Source: Paecilomyces variotii (taxonomy: Eukaryota). From it: a DNA stretch of 64,000 nucleotides. Location: the NCBI GenBank assembly GCA_004022145.1, contig RCNU01000017.1. One strand, given 5' to 3'. Of the stretch, positions 48,209-61,579 are shown in pieces; the stretch's first letter is position 1; each line of letters begins with the position of its first letter. The notes below the pieces were generated by a model. The model was not told the DNA's origin. It made no database searches and saw nothing but the letters and a program-made list of their open reading frames with translations. The translations under genes were made by a program, and so were the position numbers.

Positions 48209-50261
48209 CGTGACTGGCAACCAGCCTGGCCACCGCTAACCCGTTCGTGTCGTCGTCAGAGAGGGGGGGAAGACGACCAGCTCTGTGATCGCAACCTCCC
48301 AACAGCTCCTTCCCACGGTCTCAAAGCGCGTTCACCGTGTTGCGGTGAACGATCTCACCGCGGGTGCAACAATGAGGCGCGCAGGAGGCGTAAACCACAC
48401 GTCGAGCCCGTGGTACCAAACAGCTTCGAGAAAGCCGCGACGAGGTGAAACTGGTGGAAAAAAAATGGGGGTGTCGACAGTCGCTAAGAGTGATGACTGA
48501 TGATCGAACGACGCTACTGAGAATATACAGGAGCAGGTTTGGGAGGCACTGCGACACCAGGAGGGCGGCGAATGCGTTCCGCCCTGGCGGCCTCAGGAGA
48601 CACGGCGACCACAAGCGCGAAGGGAGGAAACTCCGGTCAGGATGAAATGATCGGAGGACTGACGCGACTGCAGAGCGATCAGAATGAAATACAGAGACGT
48701 GGATCGAGCAGGCCTGAGGATGACAGATGCGCGGCAAGATCCATGGAGGATGGGAGCGAGACTTGAGGTTGGGGAGGCGCACGCAGGACCGGATACGGAA
48801 CCGGGCGCTTAGGGGAGCGATCGGGTGCAGGGTATCGGAAAGGCGCGCACGGGCAAAGAAAGCGACACACGAGACGAAAAGAATGCAGCGCAGACAGGAA
48901 AGAGAGAAATGGCAATCGACGTACCTTGATCGAGCAGCCAAGAGACAGAACAGAGGTCGGATGCTTTTTGGGTTGGGGGGGAAAGAGGGATAAGACGGGT
49001 TGAGGGTCCAGGGTGGAGGATCTGACTTTCGGGCGTACTTGGTGGGAGAGAGAGGGACGATAGCGAGACAAGGACAGAGCCGATGGACGCTCTCACTCTC
49101 TCTCTCAGTCAGTCTCTCTCTTGGGAATCGATAATTAAATTCGAGCTGTGAAGGAGTGGCTTCTCTCCTTGCGGCAGTTCGCTGGTCCGGATCGGATTAA
49201 CTGGCGTCGCGTTGCACGGGGAGGCTGGAGGATGCGTGGATGGCGAGTATTTCTGAGCACGCGGGTGATCGCCCTGGCTGGGGGCTGGCGAAATAGTAGT
49301 AGAAGTAGTAGTAGTAGTAATTCAACGTATGTAGTAGTATGTAGTATGTAGTATGCAGTAATAATATGTAATAATATCTTGTATGTATGCACGTATGTTT
49401 GTAGTGATGCAGATAGACTGGCGTGGAGATCCCGTCAAGTAGAGAGTACCGGTACTGTGCTGGAGTCGTCGTAGAGTAGGGATAGCGAGGAGGGGGATCT
49501 GAGGAATGTTCCCGTTGAGGAAAGGCTGTAGATAGAGATGCTGGCTAGTTAGCTCTATCAGATCCAGGACACACGGTCCACCGATGAGATGGATCGATAT
49601 ACGTATATCCCAAATGCAGGAATGGCTGTAGTCAGAAACCCAACACACAACCAAGAACCTGCCAACACACGGGACAGTTGACAAGACGAAGAAGAAGAAG
49701 TGTAAAAAAGAAAGAAAGAAAGAAAGGAGAGAAGAATGAGGCTCGACTCCAGCATTCACGTAGTCTAAATCGGATGCGCGAACGAGGGGGAACGAAGAGA
49801 CACTCAATGACTGCCAGCCTCCGCGCACTCTCCAGCACGCCCGACCGGTCCGATCGCAGTTTGGGTATAGCGTACCTCGTGGCGCCCCTCCGCAGTCGCC
49901 AGATGGACTCAGCAGTTGTCTAGAGAGGTCAAGCTAGCATACAATATAATATTGGATCAATAATTACTCCACGGCCTGATCGTTACCCAGCATACTTGCG
50001 CCCGGGTTCCGTCGGGTCTGGGAAAGGTAACCGCTGCGGCGGCCCCGGCTACAAAAGCAGTAGAATAATTTATATCGCGGCTCTTCCGACTTCTTCCCGA
50101 AGTATAGAGGAATTAGATACATCCGGGACGGAAAGCAGCTCCATGCAAGACACGAAGAACAGCAGGGACGGTTATGATAGAATATCTAATGCTGCCTATG
50201 GACAACGCCTAACGCCTTGATCATCCGGGTGCCACAATTCATTTCGCACATGCGGTCAATA

Positions 50262-51164
50262 TCACTCATCATCGGGCGGCATCTCGTCTTCAATGTAGCG
50301 CACCAGCGATACCCGCATCTCCGTCGTGTCATCCCCTCGCAACACATCACTCACAAAATGGGCTTCCACTTGCATTTGGACCTGGGAGCATTCAGCATCA
50401 TCATCGTCCCTTTTTCACAGAGAGAATATGGAGCAACAGGCAACTCACCATCTCGAGGGCTCCGCGCAGCACCCCGCACAAGATATTCGAGAACCAGAGC
50501 TCGTCCTGAGCTCGTCCATCGTCCGGCAATTCGACAAAGTCCGCCAGCGGATTCTCATCAAATACGAGGGAGAACTGCTTGTTGTCGCTTGTCCAATTCG
50601 TCACGTTGGGCGTGATGTTGAGGAAGATCTTGAATCCGACCTGCATGGCATCCGTCCGGTTAGCGACTGTACATGATGCGCGGGGCTGGGAGAAGGAGAT
50701 ATCGAAATGACCAACACGACAGGCAACCAACCTTTGCGATCGTGTCTGCAGTCTCGCGGAAGTTGGCGCATCGGCCCATGTTGGACTTGGCCAGAAAGTC
50801 CTCGATCAGCCGCATGCCAATGCTGTAGCCCATCTTTTCCAATTGCTTGTTGACTTGTTGGTAGTCACTATCGTAGTCCTGGCACAGCTGGGAAACAATA
50901 GTGCCATAGGTCAAGGTCACGAGTTCGGCATTAACCTTGTCCACCTTCGTCCTACCGCATTACTCCTGATGTCAGCAGATATTCGGGGGGAGGGAATGCG
51001 ATAGCGGGGAAGGACAAGCAGGAATTAGGATATCTATGCGCATGATACTGACTTCCAGATCCTAGGCCCATCTCTGTCAGCTCTGTGCCCAGATATAAGG
51101 AATCATGCGCAAGCAGGTCAACTTACTCTTCCCCTAATCGGGAGGCTTTCGTGGTGGACGACAT
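50262..51164 (-). CDS. BET3: TRAPP complex subunit Bet3
   Basis: [59 protein letters not shown] and [14 protein letters not shown]; stop after MPPDDE. Confidence 0.96.
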
Positions 51165-51577
51165 GGCGGGAGATCAAGGAATCGCCTTCCTTATCTGACG
51201 CAACTGTCTTCAAATATCTAAAGATGCGACTATGGAAAAAAAGAAATGGACACTCCGATTTCGAGATTGCTTGCAGTCCGCATACTCCCCCGCCCAAGAT
51301 GCGTGGATCAACGGAGTCTGGAGCGAGCTCTACTTTATGTGGGCTTTCCCACTCGAGTTAGATCCAAAGTCCGCGGACTCGCGGCTAGCGCGTCTACTGC
51401 CCAATCGATCCTCCGCGCTTATCACCGCCAGTGGAAGAAGCTCCACCAGCAGGTTTGCTCCGCGGCGTTCGTCTCCAGAGCTGTCTGGACCTCTCGCGCG
51501 GCGGCCTGAGTCGACAAGACGCGACTCGAGATACCTGACGCAATAGTCTCTTCCCACTTGACAGATTCAGCTCACAG

Positions 51578-52926
51578 ATGTCGACAATGTCGGGAGACAA
51601 GCGCCCTGCTCAAGAGGGCTTTGGCTCTACCACTCAGTTGGTCAAGCGCCAGAAGCCCGAGACGACCAACACTTCCAGCGCGGTCGTGACCAGCTCAAGT
51701 CAGAATGGGACTCTTGTGCAGGCAGTAAGTGATTGCACGGGCTGGAAAATCCGGACTACATCCCAATGGCTGCAATTCTGGTGGGCGAAAGATGCACTAA
51801 CTCGCTGCACAGGTTCCTCGAACAAGTGGGCTCGACGCTCCGATTATGGAGCTGACAGGTTGGTCGAATTGGCTACATTGGGGATAATCAGCATTAACTG
51901 ATCATTCTAGGACACTCTGGGGAGGTCTTTGCCGTCCGGTTTGATCCTACAGCGCAACATATAGCATCTGGTTCCATGGATAGGTCCATCAGTATGTTGC
52001 GAGACCTCTCCCGAAAATCTCCATCTCGATAGGATCTTCGCTGACAGCCTCTCTTAGTGTTGTGGAATACCTATGGAAAATGCGAGAATTACGGAATCCT
52101 AAGCGGCCACAAGGGAGCTGTCCTCGACCTACATTGGTCCCGCGACTCGCGGGTGATATTCTCAGCATCCGCAGACATGACACTAGCCAGCTGGGATTTG
52201 GGGTCCGGACAGCGGATTCGTCGTCATGTTGGACATGAGGAAATCATCAATTGTCTGGATATCAGCAAGAGAGGGCAAGAACTGCTGGTCAGCGGGAGTG
52301 ACGACAGTCATATCGGAATCTGGGACCCGCGACAAAAGGACGCCGTCGACTTCCTGGGCACGGATTTCCCCATCACGGCGGTTGCCTTGTCAGAAGCAGG
52401 AAATGAGATATATAGCGGAAGCATCGATAACGACATCAAGGTGTGGGATATTCGGAAGCAGGCGGTGGTCTACACGATGATCGGGCACACAGACACTATC
52501 ACCTCCCTGCAGGTGTCTCCGGACTCCCAGACTCTGCTCTCCAACTCCCATGACTCGACGGTTCGCACGTGGGACATCAGACCTTTTGCGCCCACTGATC
52601 GCCACGTTAAGACGTATGATGGCGCGCCTGCAGGTATCGAGAAAAACCTCATCCGAGCCAGCTGGGACCCCAAGGGCGACAAAATTGCAGCAGGAAGCGG
52701 AGACAGAAGTGTCGTCGTCTGGGATGTCAAGTCTGGGAAACTCTTGTATAAGCTGCCCGGACATAAGGGCACGGTTAACGATGTCCGGTTTTCACCGAAC
52801 GATGAGCCTATTAGTGAGTTTATCTCCGACGCCGCTATACACTTGTGCTTGATAGTTACTAACTATGCAACAGTTGTTTCTTGTTCGTCCGATCGAAATC
52901 TTCTTCTAGGAGAACTAGGAAAGTGA
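51578..52926 (+). CDS. U5 snRNP 40-kDa WD40 protein (SNRNP40/Spf38-like)
   Basis: PRTSGLDAPIMELTGHSGEVF, LWNTYGKCENYGILSGHKGAVLDLHW, WDIRPFAP and LYKLPGHKGTVNDVRF, ending LLGELGK; four introns. Confidence 0.9.
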
Positions 52927-54987
52927 GACGCCAAGTTCATGGATCAGATACCATCCCTATCTATAGCTCTTCCGCTCCCCCAGAGAAAAGAAAAGAAGGT
53001 TCATCGGCAAGCAAGTCTGTTTCGTTCGGTTGGACCTTGACACCAATGGCGCTGTGGTGCCTTCTGAAGCAAAAGCGAACAGTCAAGTCCATCGTGACGA
53101 ATGTTGCGGGCGAAATTGCCACGATCGAGCAGTGTCGGACCACTGTCGCAGAGTGATCAACAATCCGATCATGAGGGCGTGTCTGGATACAACCCACGCA
53201 TCTGTGGAGATGTGACGCATCAATGATTCGGGGTCTCATCACGGACCAGATAAGCATCTACTGCATTTTGTACTCGGTATCTCTGTATCATTAGCGCGTT
53301 GTTCTTTTTCCAGACTCACTGGAGTACTAGTTGGTAGTCTACCTAGTTTACGGTCGGTCCAGCATCTCCGAATACAAAATACAAGCTTCGCCCAGCATCC
53401 GCTGCAAATCCACAACACGTCGTAAAACCATCCAGTTTCAGACGAACTCGCAAGTCAAGTAATGGGATCATTTAACATATCCACTAAACCAATCCTGGTA
53501 GTGAAATACGCTACAACTATTCCCAGTATGGTGCAACGTGCGAGTTTCGAGGAACTGGTGAGGGGACCCTGAAACATCAACCGTGCCGGATATTATTAGT
53601 TACTACGTAGTCAACCCTTGCCATCCCGCATTATTCGCTTCGTTATCATTCTTCTCTTAGTTATGAACGAACGCATCGTGTAGAGAGAGTATCAGCCTTC
53701 GTCTCGTGGGAAATCTTCCGTGCGCGAACTTGTTTTTATCGGATCATTTTGCCGATGATGATGAGTATAGAGTAATGATGTAGTTAAACCGGATATCCGG
53801 AGGCAGGCAGGTACATAGGCATTAATATTGTTAATTCCCTACTAGTCTAGACAGGCTTACGTTCAAGGGGTTATGCTCCGTAGGTAAATAATTAACTATG
53901 CAAGGCCGCCAGGTGTATCCCGTACTTACATCTAGTTCAGTTAACTAGTCTCAGCCTCTGCTTCAGTAACAATGATTGGAATAACTTTGAATGAATAATA
54001 ATAATGCCGATTCGACCACCTACCTACGCAGCCCATATTTCCTAGTACAGTAACTCCGGACTGTAGTTTAGCAGCCAGTTCCTCGGAGTTTTGGGGGGGC
54101 AATGTCTTAGATTATCCCTACTCTTAGTTTAGTTTAGTTAAAACGTGGATGTGCCTCCCTCCTGTTTATCTGTCTCTGTCTCTAGTTAGCTGCTTGCTTT
54201 GCTTCTTCTATCTATTCATCCATCCCTCTTCCGTCCAATTTTAGGATTGCTAGTCTAGTCTTCCTGTTTTCTTTTCCCTTCTCCCTTCTCCACTGGTTTG
54301 GCTTGGTTTCCTGTCTTCCGCTCCTTCTCTCTTTCTCCCTTCTGATCTTTTCTCTTGTTCTTTTCCCAAGCGCGATTGCTGCTGCTGTTGCTGCGGGTGT
54401 CAACTGTACAGTGTACAGTATACAGAAATAGACTGCTGGGCAGTTTATCTTTTCTTTTCTTCTTCTCCAAGTGGCGCGAGCGCTGTGCTTAGTTCCTTTC
54501 TCGCCTTTCCTTTTCCTTTTGCTTTACTTTACTTTACTCCGCATCACTCTATTACGTCTTGTGGCTGGCCGCTAGAAGGAGAAGACGCTATCCATTCCTT
54601 ACTTACTTCAAGTCTATTCACCGCCGACATCCCTTCTGGCTGCTACTAGCCAGAAACCGGTCCACTGGTTGGAATCGCTGAAAGTCATTTTTAAACGTGC
54701 GCTCGTTATGGATTTTTAATCAGGGAGTATAGATAGGACCACTATTCGGGAAGTACGGACGCTGCTTGGAAGGAGAGGAAGAACGTTATTTTTCGATTAG
54801 ACGACGTCGACCGAAAACGCTGTTTAGAACTGGTTGCATACTGCCAGTCAGCTGGAAAGAGCAGATCGGCGGTTTAGGACGAGCATAGGAGACGCAGTCG
54901 ACAGAGAATTCCATACCATTGCGGCCACTTCTTATTTCTCGCGAAAGGTGTTGACTCGATGTCACCATCGAGGTGACGAAGACGAGT

Positions 54988-56206
54988 ATGGAACTTCCCA
55001 CGCCTGCAACCACTGGAACCCCTGCGCCCAGCAGGTCACGTATGGCGAATCTGCGCATCTTTGGCAGACGATCACCTATCCATGCACCGGAGGCACAACC
55101 TCCTATGACGGAAGCTCCGCGCCGTTTTGGATTGCGACCTTTTAGGAACCAGTATGCCTCTGGGGAGGACAATGGAGGTCTGCCTCGCAGATTGTTTTTG
55201 CCGGGACGGCACCGGAATAGAGACCGGTCAGGGTCAGATACACCTAGTCGACCGTCGACACGGTCTAATGCATCGAGTCGATCAGGGAGTCGACCGAGCT
55301 CCAGCGGAGCCTCTTCTATGTCATCCGGGGCTTCAGTATGGAGAACAAGAGGAGGATATCTGCGATCATGGACCGAAGGGTCTGGAAGATTGCCTTTCAA
55401 ACAGGCCATAAAAGACTCGTATACTCGAAGGAAGTTGATCAACACCAGTATAGCGGGTCTAGTGCTTGCTCTGGTTTTGGCTATATGTATGGTTTATATC
55501 ATCCAGTTTAACGTGTAGAATCAGTGGCTAACTTCTTTTGTTAACAATGTTTACAGATCTTGCATTCACACTTACCAATTCTCTCATCGGGGAGGAATTC
55601 CGTGTGATGCTGATCCTGCTGACATTGATCGTTGCGGTATTCTTCCTCCATTCCGTGATCAGGTTTATCATAGTATTATTTCGAGGCCCACCGGAATTTT
55701 CAGACCGACCACCAAGCCAGGCAGGGCCGATGGGATACGCGACTCCTCCGCGGCCGATACATGTCATCCTAGCCCGTGACGAAGAGTTGGGAGAAGATGT
55801 CAGAAATGCAGGGAACAAAGTCACTCATCCACCACCAGCGTATGGTCTGTGGAGAAGCAGTGTGGTTAGTTTGTTCCACCGCTAGTGAGCATATGCGATA
55901 CGAGAATTATCTAACTATTTCACCCAGAGAATCAATCCGAATCTCCTCTATTGGCAACGGGTGGACGAGGCGGTGCCGAAAGTGGAGGATGGCAACAGCA
56001 ACAGCGAAAGCAACGGCAACAGCAATAACAATAGCAACGACAACGGTAATGGCAACAGCAGTGGCAATGGCAATGGAGAGAGCAGGCCGGCTACTGCATA
56101 TCGTCCTCCAAGCTACGTCTCTGACATCGGGGTTGACTATGTTCTCAATGCGGAACCACGCTCGATTGCACCTAGAGGTCAAAACAACACAGCGCCCCCA
56201 AGCTAG
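54988..56206 (+). CDS. Hypothetical two-TM membrane protein with PPAY/PPSY motifs (3 exons)
   Basis: ORFs 54973, 55538 and 55961 are linked by GT-AG introns; two hydrophobic helices, PPPAYGLWRSSV, RPPSY and an N/S/G low-complexity tract. Confidence 0.72.
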
Positions 56207-56995
56207 CAGTTTTGATTCTCTACCTAGTCAGCAATGCCCGATATGTATAGTCTTAGTCAGATGTCCGGAATGTAAATATAATGCCCGTTTCTTTATGAGG
56301 ACCTTGAAATGAGGTTCCAAGGTTATACTAATCCCAGCGATACCGTCAAATGAAATCGACGAATAAATAGTCTCCAAGTTTGCGTTGGATGATTAGAAAT
56401 GCGCCTAAACTGTGGGATAACTACCTAGGTAGTTCCGTTTAACTAGGTAAGTAATACTGTACATTGAACGAATTCAGCCAGGCAAACTGGACGCATAAAG
56501 ATGGCACTAAACGAATCCGATTAAACAAAGCACATGGCAAGAATAGTATTCTAAAAAGTGAGTCGAGTCAATCACGATCAATCCATTTGAAATAACTCGG
56601 GGTGGCGCCTCCATGTGATAGTCTCGATGATAGTTCGTCTGAATTAGTTAATTATATCCTTTTGCTGATGTAAAACGGAAGCGGATTAGATTATGTGGCC
56701 ATCTCTCTCTCTCTCTCTCTCTTTCTCTCTCCATCCAGTCATCACTTAATAATACATTCCATTTTTAATCACCTTTAGCTCACATGCGATCCTCGTCCTA
56801 TGAAAAAGGCGAGGAGCATCGAAACGTATCTGACACCCAATCTGCACTCGTCGTGGGGGAGCTTGAAAGGGCTAAACTAAAACCGCGGGCCTGGGATTAT
56901 CATAACTAACCTACCTAAACCGGGGGAAAACTTGGCTCCAGACCTCCCAACGCTCCCATGCTCCCCATAAGTGCTTCGCATCTGAGCTTCCGGTG

Positions 56996-59900
56996 ATGGG
57001 CTCGCGATGCCGGTGCTCGCTGAGACCCGGCCTCCGCTCAGCATGGATAGTGGCTTGTTTCCTGCTGCTGTCCTCGTGGCTGTCGGTCGCATATGCTATG
57101 AGGGAGAGCCAGATTAGGGATTTGAGGTGAGTTCGGTTGTTTTCTTCTGGTCGCGTGTGCACTTTCTTTCCTAGGGGTTTCTTTTTCTAACGCGCAAAAT
57201 ATGACGGACACATAGGAAGGAGACGGAACATATGTTCTATCATGGCTTTGATAATTATATGAAACATGCCTTCCCCGAAGATGAACTGCGGCCTCTTACC
57301 TGTCGTCCGTTGACGCGTGATCGCCTGAACCCGGCGCATATCGAATTGAACGATGTCCTTGGGAATTACTCCCTTACCCTGATCGACAGTCTATCGACGC
57401 TCGCGATCATGTCCTCGAGCGAAAGCGCGGGGTCGAAAGCATGGTTATACTTTCAGGATGGCGTTAGGGATTTCGTGAAGCTATATGGAGACGGTTCGGA
57501 TGGGCCCTCAGGGCGCGGGGAGAGGAGTCGCGGGTTCGATATCGATAGTAAAGTGCAGGTGTTTGAGACGGTCATCAGAGGTCTAGGTACGCGGGAGGCT
57601 CATAATTGCGGTTGCGAGGTGTATGTATACGGATTACGGCTGACGATGGGTTCAGGTGGCTTGCTCAGTGCGCATCTCTTCGCTGTTGGTGACCTGCCTA
57701 TTCGGGGGTACGCTCCTCCAGAGGAAGAAGCGACTTTCGCGAAAGCGTGGGATAAGCGATCTTTCTTCGCAGACAGTCACGGCATCAAATGGGACAACGG
57801 GTTTGTCTATGACGGTCAACTCCTTCGGCTTGCTGTTGATCTAGGTAATCGCATTCTGCCGGCGTTCTACACCCAAACAGGCCTCCCGTATCCTCGCGTC
57901 AATCTACGACATGGAGTACAATTCTATGCCAATTCACCGCTGCATGCAGCTTTCTCCGATAGTCGTGACGAGGCTCGTGGGAACCGCCGGCAGCTGATCC
58001 CTGAAATCACCGAGACCTGCAGCGCCGGCGCTGGCAGCCTCGTCCTCGAATTCACCGTCTTGAGCAGGCTCACCGGAGATGGCCGCTACGAGGAACTTGC
58101 CAAACGTGCCTTTTGGGCTGTTTGGGCTAGAAGAAGTGACATTGGTTTGATTGGCGCTGGTATAGACGCGGAGTCAGGGAGATGGGTCAATTCATATACA
58201 GGGGTGGGTATCCGTACTACGGACTCGTCATTATGTTAACGGAGCTGACGTCTTGCCAAGATCGGAGCCGGCATCGATAGCTTTTTTGAATATGCGTTCA
58301 AGTCATATGTATTGCTTTCCTCTGGGCAGCGCCCAGAGTTTGATTCCAACAGTCCCTGGAGCATTTTAGACGGTTACTACACGCCTCTCAGTGACCACGA
58401 GCATTCTGCGGACGCTTTTCTTGAAGTCTGGCGTGAGTCTCAAGCTTCTATCAAGCGTCATCTCTATCGAGGAGCAGGGTATCAGCACCCTCATTTCATC
58501 CAAGGCGATATATATACAGGTGCAACCAGAGCATTTTGGATTGACAGTCTGAGTGCATATTATCCAGGTCTCCTGACTCTGGCTGGTGAGATCGACGAGG
58601 CTTCTAAAGTTCACTTGCTGGCTACCGCTCTTTGGACACGGTTTTCAGCCCTTCCGGAGCGGTGGAACGTCGCTACGGGCAACATCGAAAATGGCCTCAG
58701 CTGGTGGGGAGGCCGGCCGGAGTTCGTCGAGTCCACTTACTATCTATATCGAGCCACCAAAGACCCGTGGTACCTCCATGTGGGTGAAATGGTTCTCCGC
58801 GATATCAAGCGCAGATGCTGGACGAAATGCGGCTGGGCCGGTCTTCAGGACGTCCGAACCGGTGAGCTGAGCGATCGAATGGAGAGCTTTTTCCTTGGAG
58901 AGACTGCCAAGTACATGTTCTTACTCTACGATCCGAGTCATCCATTGAACACTTTGGATGCTCCTTTTGTCTTCTCTACAGAAGGGCATCCACTGATTAT
59001 CCCGAAAGCCCCAACTACAAAGGCCGCAACGGATCGAAGACCGGCACAACAGCCGGATGAAATGTCTACCACAGTCAGTATATGTCAGAAGCCGCCTATC
59101 CCTCCATCACTTACTGGGTCCTCGACCGCAGCACGCGGCGACTTGTTCCATGCAGCGAGCTTGGCCCGGTTACATCTCATGCCGTCGAGGGGCCAGGTTG
59201 AAGGGGCAATTCTGGACTATGCGAGTGACCATCCCAGCGTCTCGCTGTCGGATCTTTCTTCGCCTTCTAATTATACCCTTTATCCTTGGACTTTGCCTCC
59301 AGAGTTGGTGCCATATGATGCCACCAGTGCGCCAATGGCAATACGTCCTACACTCGATATCTCATTCCCTCCTCTTCCGAGTATGGTTCTCGGTCCCGGG
59401 TCGCTGGAACGCATCCGGGATGGAATCTTGATCAAATCTATTGGAGGTCTTCGTCTGGGTCTTATCCAGGACGTGCCACCGGAAGACATGACTATGGCAC
59501 CTTCAGTGGATAGCTTTCGAATTCAGGTGATCAACAATCTTCCTCTGGGTAAGGATGAAAAGGTCTATCTGTCTCGGGAGATAGTGTTTGATATTCTAAA
59601 CCCAGCTGATCCCAATTTCACCCGGATTCGCGACTCGACCATGCTGGATATTGTCGTGGATGTTAGTCCGGAGATATCTCGTCGGCGAAATGCATCGACA
59701 GCCGCCCAGACCAGTGATGCCGCGGCGGAGCATCGCGATACCCTTGCTCGCGAGCAACCCCTTTCTTCATATTCAGATCAGAAACTGGGAAGTGCGTACG
59801 CCCATGCTTCTAGCGTGAGGGCTGCTCTTTCGACGTTGATGGATCATGTGTCCTCCATGCTGCGAGATGATCCTGCGACCTCTCTTCCGTCGGGACCATC

Positions 59901-60525
59901 ACAGTCAAAGGTCTCTACTGTACGCCTTGCTATTCCAGCAATTACTTCTGCTGGCCGGGGCTCCGGTCCTCTTCCTGACGTTGAGGAGGCAACCTTGTTT
60001 TCGCAATCCGGGAAGCCATCTCTGGAGCGCCTCACATGGAGCACTATCTACTTTTCCGACGAGACCTGTGACGAGCGGCTTCCACTCAATGTGGTGCGCA
60101 ACCACCAGGTTATTGTCATGAAGCGCGGCGGCTGCAGCTTTTCTCAAAAGCTGAAGAACCTCCCAGCATTTCGGCCAGGTCGCTCTGCGCTCCAGATCGT
60201 CATTGTAGTCTCGTACGACGAGATGGATGATGTCTTCGGCATGGGTCATAGCCGCTCCGATCCATCTCTATTTGATGAGTCCGCGCTGCCTGCTCTTCTT
60301 TCGCAGGCTGCGGTCCTCGCTGGACCGTACCTCAGCCGACCGCATCTCGACGAGTTCCAGGTCACAGCAGGAGGCACCCCGCGTCAGCAACCCGTCAGCA
60401 TGGTCATGGTGGGCGGTGGAGACGATACCTACGAACTGCTCCGCAGCGCCGCAGCAATCGGTATCAAGAGGAGGTACCATATGCGCTCGCAAGGGATACC
60501 AATCAGCAATCTGTACATTATTTGA
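56996..60525 (+). CDS. MNL1: EDEM/Htm1-like GH47 alpha-1,2-mannosidase-like ERAD protein with a PA-like domain
   Basis: Signal-peptide exon from ATG 56996, then MFYHGFDNYMKHAFPEDELRP, VQVFETVIRGLGGLLSAH, ETCSAGAGSLVLEF, IGAGIDSFFEY, RPEFVESTYYLY, MESFFLGET, FSTEGHP and KRGGCSF. Confidence 0.92.
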
Positions 60526-60718
60526 ATGATCAATGTTTGCACTTATATATAAGGAATCGACGTTCTCGTTTTTTCCCCGACAGTACATGAAGCGATTCTA
60601 TAGAAGGTTTGTATATAGAGGGAGATCTCTCATGCATTATGGGGTCACGTGACTATATACATCTTACACCCCCTGACATTATTATAGACTAAAAACAAGC
60701 GTAAGCTTACTACACAAA

Positions 60719-60797
60719 GGCCATATGGCTCAGTGGTGATAGCGTCTCACTCGTAAGATTGATGAGAAGATCCTTTGTTTGGCTCAAGGTATGGGCT
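60719..60797 (+). pseudogene. Degenerate tRNA-Thr(CGT) gene, probably a pseudogene
   Basis: A-box TGGCTCAGTGG; anticodon stem TCTCA/TGAGA with CGT at 60752-60754 and a 6-nt insert after position 37; acceptor stem GGCCATA/TATGGGC with a G-G mismatch; T-loop TTTGGCT instead of TTCGANT; downstream T-run. Confidence 0.75.
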
Positions 60798-61579
60798 GGG
60801 GAGTACCTTTTGAGAGTTTTTTTAGTATGTGTCCATGAGAGAGTTTTAAGCTCTACAGATCAGTTAGTTATCCTCTACCAGTTTCGGGTAGAAAGTGACG
60901 ATTCTTTTTTTTTTTTCTCCTTTCTTTTCGCAGTGGTGCTGATGTCCTTCATCATTATCTTTCGCTGGGCTGGCGTATAGGGGAAATCGAACGGTGAGTT
61001 ATAACTCTCCTGCCTTCCTTCTATATACATATAAATATATAGAAAACCTAGCTTAGCTTAGTTTAGCCCAGAAATACACAAAGCCGACATGTTTATGTTA
61101 ACTCCAGCTTATCATGGACTATTTCATGACATTCCTCCCGTACATCGAATCAAGCGTGCTCTCATTCTGAGCGCGCCCTCATGCCCGTGTCCGAATAACC
61201 CGTCTTCACTGTTATGGGGAAACGGGAGACTCTTAATGAGATTTCTGACCAGGTCGATGTATGAAGGGTATGTTGGGCATCGGGCAGTGACTGCATGCGC
61301 AGCCTTTAAAGCGAGTGCGTTGAATGGTGTTTCGCTCAAGAATAGTTCAGCAGCGCCTATGGAAGCGACGTATGTTGGTGATAGAACGTCTATTGCTAGA
61401 TATACTGTTGCGGAGTGGGTGCTGGGTTGAAGTAGAAAGGAACTTGTGAAATGAATCGATGATACAGACCACTGAACACTTCATTGATTCCTAGATCACT
61501 TGAGCGCCAGGTTCACCGATTGTATATGTATAGTTATTGTAGAATTCTTACAATCTGAATATTCCTCGTGTAGATATTG

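Noticed and set aside
48221-49930. Overlapping 65-206-aa ORFs upstream of somA
   Set aside because: This is GC-rich and low-complexity leader/promoter DNA with simple repeats; most ORFs have non-ATG starts and none looks protein-like.
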